A stretch of DNA of 64,000 nucleotides from the human T2T-CHM13v2.0 reference genome, Homo sapiens. The stretch lies in NCBI RefSeq assembly GCF_009914755.1, contig NC_060930.1; one strand, 5' to 3'. Below the pieces are notes generated by a model. The model did no database searches and had not been told where the DNA came from. It saw only the letters and a list, made by a program, of their open reading frames with translations. This document shows, in pieces, positions 51,162-64,000 of this stretch; positions within the stretch are counted from its first letter, which is position 1; each line of letters opens with the position of its first letter. Both the position numbers and the translations under genes were made by a program.

Positions 51162-52068
51162 GGGGGGGAGGAGCCAAGATGGCCGAATAGGAACAGCTCT
51201 GGTCTACAGCTCCCAGCGTGAGCGACGCAGAAGACGGGTGATTTCTGCATTTCCATCTGAGGTACCGGGTTCTTCTCACTAGGGAGTGCCAGACAGTGGG
51301 CGCAGGCCAGTGTGTGCGTGCACCGTGCGCGAGCCGAAGCAGGTCGAGGCATTGCCTCACCTGGGAAGCGCAAGGGGTCAGGGAGTTCCTTTTCCGAGTC
51401 AAAGAAAGGGGTGACGGACGCACCTGGAAAATCGGGTCACTCCCACCCGAATATTGCGCTTTTCAGACCGGCTTAAGAAACGGCGCACCACGAGACTATA
51501 TCCCACACCTGGCTCAGAGGGTCCTACGCCCACGGAATCTCGCTGATTGCTAGCACAGCAGTCTGAGATCAAACTGCAAGGCGGCAACGAGGCTGGGGGA
51601 GGGGCGCCCGCCATTGCCCAGGCTTGCTTAGGTAAACAAAGCAGCCGGGAAGCTCGAACTGGGTGGAGCCCACCACAGCTCAAGGAGGCCTGCCTGCCTC
51701 TGTAGGCTCCACCTCTGGGGGCAGGGCACAGACAAACAAAAAGACAGCAGTAACCTCTGCAGACTTAAGTGTCCCTGTCTGACAGCTTTGAAGAGAGCAG
51801 TGGTTCTCCCAGCACGCAGCTGGAGATCTGAGAACGGGCAGACTGCCTCCTCAAGTGGGTCCCTGACCCCTGACCCCCGAGCAACCTAACTGGGAGGCAC
51901 CCCCAGCAGGGGCACACTGACACCTCACACAGCAGGGTATTCCAACAGACCTGCAGCTGAGGGTCCTGTCTGTTAGAAGGAAAACTAACAACCAGAAAGG
52001 ACATCTACACCGAAAACCCATCTGTACATCACCATCATCAAAGACCAAAAGTAGATAAAACCACAAAG
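51162..52068. promoter_or_regulatory. L1 5'UTR CpG-rich bidirectional promoter; the antisense promoter fires in the ME1 sense direction
   Basis: Intact YY1 site (caagatggcc ~51175-51184) and CpG-dense UTR; antisense promoter activity is established for L1HS, not shown for this locus. Confidence 0.8.
51399..51614 (-). CDS. ORF0: L1 ORF0, intact, 71 aa
   Basis: MAGAPPPASLPPCSLISDCCASNQRDSVGVGPSEPGVGYSLVVRRFLSRSEKRNIRVGVTRFSRCVRHPFL*, gcaATGg context; donors CAG|GTGTGG (51509/51508) and CAG|GTGCGT (51424/51423). Confidence 0.85.
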   Translation of the reverse strand: MAGAPPPASLPPCSLISDCCASNQRDSVGVGPSEPGVGYSLVVRRFLSRSEKRNIRVGVTRFSRCVRHPFL

Positions 52069-53085
52069 ATGGGGAAAAAACAGAACAGAAAAACTGGAAA
52101 CTCTAAAACGCAGAGCGCCTCTCCTCCTCCAAAGGAACGCAGTTCCTCACCAGCAACGGAACAAAGCTGGATGGAGAATGATTTTGACGAGCTGAGAGAA
52201 GAAGGCTTCAGACGATCAAATTACTCTGAGCTACGGGAGGACATTCAAACCAAAGGCAAAGAAGTTGAAAACTTTGAAAAAAATTTAGAAGAATGTATAA
52301 CTAGAATAACCAATACAGAGAAGTGCTTAAAGGAGCTGATGGAGCTGAAAACCAAGGCTCGAGAACTACGTGAAGAATGCAGAAGCCTCAGGAGCTGATG
52401 CGATCAACTGGAATAAAGGGTATCAGCAATGGAAGATGAAATGAATGAAATGAAGCGAGAAGGGAAGTTTAGAGAAAAAAGAATAAAAAGAAATGAGCAA
52501 AGCCTCCAAGAAATATGGGACTATGTGAAAAGACCAAATCTACGTCTGATTGGTGTACCTGAAAGTGATGTGGAGAATGGAACCAAGTTGGAAAACACTC
52601 TGCAGGATATTATCCAGGAGAACTTCCCCAATCTAGCAAGGCAGGCCAACGTTCAGATTCAGGAAATACAGAGAACGCCATAAAGATACTCCTCGAGAAG
52701 AGCAACTCCAAGACACATAATTGTCAGATTCACCAAAGTTGAAATGAAGGAAAAAATGTTAAGGGCAGCCAGAGAGAAAGGTCGGGTTACCCTCAAAGGA
52801 AAGCCCATCAGACTAACAGCGGATCTCTCGGCAGAAACCCTACAAGCCAGAAGAGAGTGGGGGCCAATATTCAACATTCTTAAAGAAAAGAATTTTCAAA
52901 CCAGAATTTCATATCCAGCCAAACTAAGCTTCATAAGTGAAGGAGAAATAAAATACTTTATAGACAAGCAAATGCTGAGAGATTTTGTCACCACCAGGCC
53001 TGCCCTAAAAGAGCTCCTGAAGGAAGCGCTAAACATGGAAAGGAACAACCGGTACCAGCCGCTGCAAAATCATGCCAAAATGTAA
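52069..53085 (+). pseudogene. L1 ORF1 (338 codons) with three in-frame stops
   Basis: TGA 52396-52398 (R110*), TAA 52414-52416 (E116*), TAA 52681-52683 (Q205*); no frameshift. Confidence 0.95.
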
Positions 53086-53124
53086 AGACCATCGAGACTA
53101 GGAAGAAACTGCATCAACTAATGA

Positions 53125-56976
<3,852 letters not shown>

Positions 56977-58139
56977 ACAATGAGATCACATGGACACAGG
57001 AAGGGGAATATCACACTCTGGGGACTGTGGTGGGGTCGGGGGAGGGGGGAGGGATAGCATTGGGAGATATACCTAATGCTAGATGACACGTTAGTGGGTG
57101 CAGCGCACCAGCATGGCACATGTATACATATGTAACTAACCTGCACAATGTGCACATGTACCCTAAAACTTAGAGTATAATAAAAAAAAAAAGAAAAGAA
57201 AAGAAATGTGAAATACTATATAACATTAGAAGAATAGCAGAATAGAATATTGTTGCTACTGTGAATGAGTTAATTTTTAACTGGTTATTACAAGTACATA
57301 GAAAAGCTATTAAGTTTTGAATATTTGTTTTATAGGCAGCCACTTTACTGAGTGCTATAATTTGACCACAGTATTTTTTAGTTGGTTTTCTTGAGTTTCA
57401 GTAATAGATAAACATATTACCTATAAATAATGATAATTTTGTCTTTTCCTGTCAGTTATATCTCCTTTGTTTTATTGTCTTATTACACAGGCTAGAATTT
57501 TCTGAATAATAAAAAAGAAAACAGCAGTGATAACGGGTGTCCTGTCTTTTAAAATAATGCCTCTAATATATCACCATTAATTATGATGCAGCTAATGGTT
57601 TGAATAGATTTCAAACATTATTTCAACATTAAAATATTCTGCAAGATTTTACTTGCCAGTATTTTATAAAGAACTTTTGCTTCTACATCTATGTTCACGT
57701 GAGGTAACATTTACCAAGTGCTTTCAAAATGCCAGTCACAATTTTAAGCATTCTAAATGTATTAAACCATGACACCTCTATGAGGTAAGTACTCATTTTA
57801 CATGAGCAAAACACAGAAACACCACTAGTAAGTGGTGAAACTGGGAGCATGGGTAAATATGAGACTAATTAGCAATTTCTTGTTATGTGCTATTTTTTTT
57901 TTTTTACCAAGTTTGGATATCAAGGTTATGCTCTTTTTAAAAACTGAAATGTTAAGCTGTCAATTTTAGTATGCTCTGGGACAGTTTATATAGCATAGGA
58001 ACTATATTTCCTTAAAAGGTTGATGATCAAATCCTTAATCTTATCTGAGCTTAAAACTTAATTCTGCTTAATTAACAATAAAATTTACATCTATTTTCCT
58101 TTTTGTCTGTTTGCCTCTTATATTTCTATTTATTCTGTG

Positions 58140-58700
58140 GATGGACTCTGGTGACAGTTGACAAGCATTCAACCAGTTTGAATAAGGGCCTAATCCTTTT
58201 ATCTAGTAGCTTAGCGACCATAACTGAGAGTCACCGGGTGAACGCTGGCCATGCCAGAAAGACTAACCATGTGATCTGGGGTAGGGCATCTGCGTCATAC
58301 AGTATCGGTCAACCTGGAGACTGAGTTCAACCACCTGGGCAATCAATCAATCAATCAATCATGACTAGGTAATGGAGCCCCAATAAAACTCTGAACAGTG
58401 GGACACATGTTGATATTTCATATCCATACTGGAAGGGTAACATGTCCTGATTTTATAGGAAAATGGACACTTCACATTTGGGACTCTTCTAGACTCTTCC
58501 CTATGCATCTCTTCTTTTGTGAGATTTTAATGTGTATCTTTAGCCCATAATACACTGTAACTGTGAGTACAATAGCTTTCAGTGAGTTTTTTGAGTCTTA
58601 GCAAATTATCAAGCCTGAAGTTGGTTTCGGGAAGCTCTTCAACTTGCAGTTGATGTCAGAAATGAGGGCAGTCTTGAAGAGTACGTATACCTGTAAACTC
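58140..58700 (+). mobile_element. MER21-like LTR fragment
   Basis: ctggagactgagttcaacc...(caat)n...aatggagccccaataaaactctg...gcaaattatcaagcctga. Confidence 0.65.
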
Positions 58701-58891
58701 TGTAGTTTAACTCTGGGTACAGCTAAACTACCTTTTATAAAGGGAACAAATAATTTACTCTCCTTTTAGAACAAGAACTCTAGTTGATCATTTACTAGTA
58801 TACATTTTTACAATTAAATTCCCAAAATATGATTTATTTAAAAAGACAAGATATAAGAAGATAACAGTAATACAGAGTTTAAGACTAAGAA

Positions 58892-59563
58892 TGAGGCAGG
58901 AGAATAGGGTCTGGAGGCGGGGAATCTAAGGCCGTTTTGCACTGACTTCCTGGAACAAAATTGAAAGGAAAACCCTAACTTTCTACGCCTAAGTAACAAA
59001 ATGACCAGAGGCTACTCCCTTTGCAAACCCCTACCTTTTCTGCTGGCAGATGAGAAATTGAAAGTACCTCTGACTGGTTGGTTTTTGCAACCAATCAGAC
59101 GTTTGCATAGGAGTGTAACTTTGTAACTTCACATCAGCCTCTGATTGGTTGCTGTCCCCAACCAATCACACTGACTGTGGGCCAAGTCTTCATTTGCACA
59201 GAAGGGCAGCTTTGTAACTCCACTTTAGCCTCAGATTGGTTGCTTTCCACAACCAATCAGATGTTTGCTAGGAGTGTGACCTTTGTAACTTCACTTCAGC
59301 CTCTGATTGGTTGCTTTCTGCAACCAATCAGACTGATTGCAGGCCACCACTTCATTTAAATGGGGTGAACACTAATTGGCCAATGGGAAACCTCTAGCGG
59401 GTATTTGGACCTTAGAAGATTCTGTATCCAGGTCCTTGAGCGGCTGCTCAGGCCTGCTCCCACCCTGTGGAGTATGCTTTCATTTTCATTAAATCTCTTC
59501 TTTTCTTGCTTTATTCTTTCCTTGCGTTGTGTGTTTTGTCCAATTCTTTGTTCACCAGTAACA
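58892..59563 (+). mobile_element. MER51-like ERV1 solo LTR with a CCAAT-box array
   Basis: TG...CA ends (tgaggcaggagaatagggtctggagg ... ccagtaaca); near 4-bp TSD agaa/agag; repeated ctgattggtt...aaccaatca units. Confidence 0.85.
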
Positions 59564-59769
59564 AGAGTATATAATAACTGTCAGAGAATTGGTTTGCTAA
59601 ATGCCTTCAAAAGCCTTTACCAAAGAAAGCAATTAATACATACTGCAACTAGTTACATGTGTATCTCCTCTTCTAGATTCAGAGCATCCTGCTGGCAAAA
59701 TCTAGTTTCTTACACCGATATTACCTAGGCTTTGCTTAGGCTTTGATAGATAGCAGATATTCAATACTT

Positions 59770-60520
<751 letters not shown>

Positions 60521-61239
60521 GTAGGTACTCAATGTTGGTCTAATTCAATTAAATCTACCAAATGCAATTTGAGGAGTTTCAGAAAGGTCTCTCAAAGACC
60601 TCTGTCACTCTCAAAGTGACAAAGGTATTCTCCGGTGACCTGTCAAAGAGTTAAAGGTTCACCATTCACTTAATTTTCTGCCCTTAATATTCCTGAAAGT
60701 CGAATGGCAGTAAGCAAAATCTCTACAAATAATACACAGCATTTTAACAGTAGATTCATTTAGATAATCAGATTATTTTCTAATTATCAGCTTAAAAATT
60801 TTGAAATGTAGTATGAACCAGACATGTCTTAATAAAAAGAGAGAGAAAAAGCTAGATCTACAGCTGGTTAAAGTAAGAAATTTCGTGAAGGATAGGTGGA
60901 TGCGTTCTGCAGGCTGAGGAAGTAAGATACTGGATAGAAATGTAATAACATAAAAGCAATGAATACCAAAACAGGAAAGAAACATACACTAAACAGAGAT
61001 AATGTGGAAAATTCAAGACAACCATCAATTTGGCTATTTTAAGACCTACTTTCATGAAATCAACTCTTTCATATAATACAATCTCTCTCATGAAATCAAT
61101 TCTTTCATATAATACATATCTATCAATGCAAGTGTCCTAGTGTTACAGTTTCACTAGTGCACAGCTTTTTTTTAATGTCCACATTATACAAACAATCTCA
61201 ATAAATGGCCAAGGTTTAAAACTGTTTAAAACTTCACTG

Positions 61240-61516
61240 TTATCCCAGTGAAGCAGGAGGATTGTTTGATACCAGGAGTTCAAAACCAGCCTGAGCAACA
61301 TACATAGCAAGACCCCGTCTAAAAAAAAAAAAAAAGGTTAAAAAAAATTAGATTGGTGTGGTGGTGCACACCTGGAATCCCAGCTACTCGAAAGGCTGAG
61401 GCAGGAGGACCACTTGGGCTCAGGAGTTTAAGGCTGCAATAAGCTATGATAGTGCCACTGCACTACAGCCTGGGTGGCAGTGCAACATCCTATCTCTTAC
61501 AAAAAAAAAAAAAAAA
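61240..61516 (+). mobile_element. AluJ, 5'-truncated
   Basis: gcaggaggattgtttga...aggaggaccacttgggctcaggagttta...A tail. Confidence 0.85.
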
Positions 61517-61630
61517 GCCAAATTCTAACATTTTTGCATGTCTGTTTTGTTGTTATATATTCCTCCTCATTTCTCCACAGGATTTTTAAGATATATTACA
61601 TATTTTTGTGATTTTTAAAATTTGATTTCA

Positions 61631-61810
<180 letters not shown>

Positions 61811-61812
61811 TA

Positions 61813-62138
<326 letters not shown>

Positions 62139-62199
62139 TCAATGCAACTTATCACATAACAATTTTTAAAATATATTTTTAAAATAAAGAAGAAATATA

Positions 62200-62375
62200 T
62201 TTATTTTATTTTAATTTAAATTTTTTAGAGCAGGGTCTCACTCTGTAGCCCAGGTTGTAGTCCAATTGCGCGATCATGGCTCACTGCATCCTGAATCTCC
62301 TGAGTTCAACCAATCCTCCTACCTTCTAGCCTCCTGAGTAGCTAGGACTGTAGGTACACACCACCTCTCCTGGCT
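62200..62375 (-). mobile_element. AluJ right-arm fragment
   Basis: agggtctcactctgtagcccagg...gatcatggctcactgca. Confidence 0.8.
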
Positions 62376-63365
62376 TAAAGAGGAAATGTTAATGTTCAAT
62401 GTATACACACAATTTTAGGACAATTGTTTAAAGAGGCCAGCTTTGATAATTTCTAAGCCACTTCTATTGGTATTAGAAAATGCCAGATAAGCAATGTATT
62501 TTTATTAAAATGTATCCTTTGATAAAGGTTAAGTGAGCATTCATGCATAGATCAAGTTAAACATTGTAACTTTCTATGTGTAGGTTAAAAACATAACTGT
62601 TTAAGTCACTATCTGTATTTTTGCTCATGCAAAAATATATTTCACATTACTTACAGATCAAAAGTTATATCTTCAATTGTTTTAGAAGGAGACAAAGAAA
62701 ACAAACATAATGCATGTATGTATTTGTGTCAAGGTCTTATTTGATGATATATCTGTTTGGGACCTAGGTCTGAAATTTGTAAATAACTTTTTAAAAGTTC
62801 ATCCTTAACTGACTATTATCTTTCATTTCTATTTCAGAGAATTCTATGTTTAACTTCTAGTATCTAGTTAGCTAGTTAATCCTAAATATTAGCAGTAAAG
62901 GATGAGCAAAAAAAAAGTAGTACTTAACATCTGACTTTAAGATTCTAAAATATAAAGTCATGATTGAGAAAAGTTAAACTCCAAATGATCTATTTTAGGT
63001 TCAATATGGTTTTTAAAACAAGAATATTTCAGACTGATTAAATTTAATAAATCCCATGGTATTAGTTCCTATATAATAAAAAAATAATTTTTAAAACTAT
63101 TGCCTTAAAGTAAAACATATATTCTATAGAATAATGGTGTAAATACATATCAAAGCAACATAAGGCACTAGGGAAGCAAATAAAAGATTAATCACGTTAT
63201 TAAGATGGGAAAAGGAGAACAGGAGAAGTAATTTTCTTACAACAGTAAAGGGCAGATTTGGAGAGAGAAAGAGAACCAGACAAAAAAGAATGAATTTTAT
63301 GAGTTCCTGGAATAAGTTCAAAATGCAAGAATTGATGCCATTTTTAAAGGTACATAGCTGCCTTA

Positions 63366-63563
<198 letters not shown>

Positions 63564-64000
63564 TTACCTATTAACAAGTTTTCACAAATCCTGAGACACA
63601 ATTTCTGACTCTATTTCTGAAGTTACTACTAGTGAAATAGTAAGCTGTTAAAAAACATAAATTGAATATTTATGAAAAAGATTTTATAAATTGTAATTGT
63701 GGAAGAATAGGGTGAAGAAATGAACTTGATTTATAAATATGCTTAATTAGGTTATTTTAAAAAGAAGGGCAAGTGTGCACATAAAGATTCAAACATACCA
63801 AATAACTTTTCAATCAAGAAGAGCAAGTGGGTAAAGTATAGGGAAATAAGAGCTCAGACTGGGAACCAAAAGAAACACAGGGTGGTTTTGAGCAAGAGTG
63901 TCCTTAGTAAAGTACTGCATAGTTACTGAAGAGATTGAGGAGGTTATATCTCTGCCCTAAATGCTCTGATCTTCAGTTTATGCATCCTGGCCCTATCCTC

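Noticed and set aside
59068-59335. CRISPR-like palindromic repeat-spacer array
   Set aside because: Eukaryotic LTR-internal repeats; the spacers resemble each other and there are no cas genes.
60598-60626. 12-bp-stem hairpin acctctgtcact-ctcaa-agtgacaaaggt
   Set aside because: Too short for a pre-miRNA and plausible by chance in 64 kb.

Overview
Human (primate) genomic DNA lying entirely within ME1 (cytosolic NADP-malic enzyme), transcribed on the minus strand. Only two coding exons are present: 63384-63545 and 32520-32623 (probably exons 5 and 6; numbering from memory). The ORF track misses both. Most of the rest is transposon-derived: three full-length L1s (including a young pre-Ta L1HS at ~51162-57201), a heavily nested L1PA15-like composite, a twin-primed L1PA2/3, about a dozen Alus, LTRs (MER11, MER51, MER21, MLT1, LTR16/ERVL), a Tigger, and L2/MIR relics. 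No rRNA, tRNA or CRISPR. Best leads: (1) the pre-Ta L1 has lost ORF1 and ORF2 to four nonsense codons but keeps its 5'UTR, ORF0 and both ORF0 splice donors, all pointing along ME1; donor 2 is in phase with the exon after 32520, and the intervening exon is bracketed by inverted Alus, predicting an ORF0-ME1 chimera; (2) a ~300-bp insert in an old L1 is a two-piece inverted copy of nearby, mostly unique ME1 intron sequence; (3) an L1 insertion with a ~96-bp target-site duplication spanning an Alu poly(T) tail, whose two copies became different microsatellites; (4) a short 5' extension on the L1HS that may fingerprint its source element. Repeat subfamily calls are from recalled consensus motifs and all alignments were done by eye; they need RepeatMasker/BLAT confirmation.
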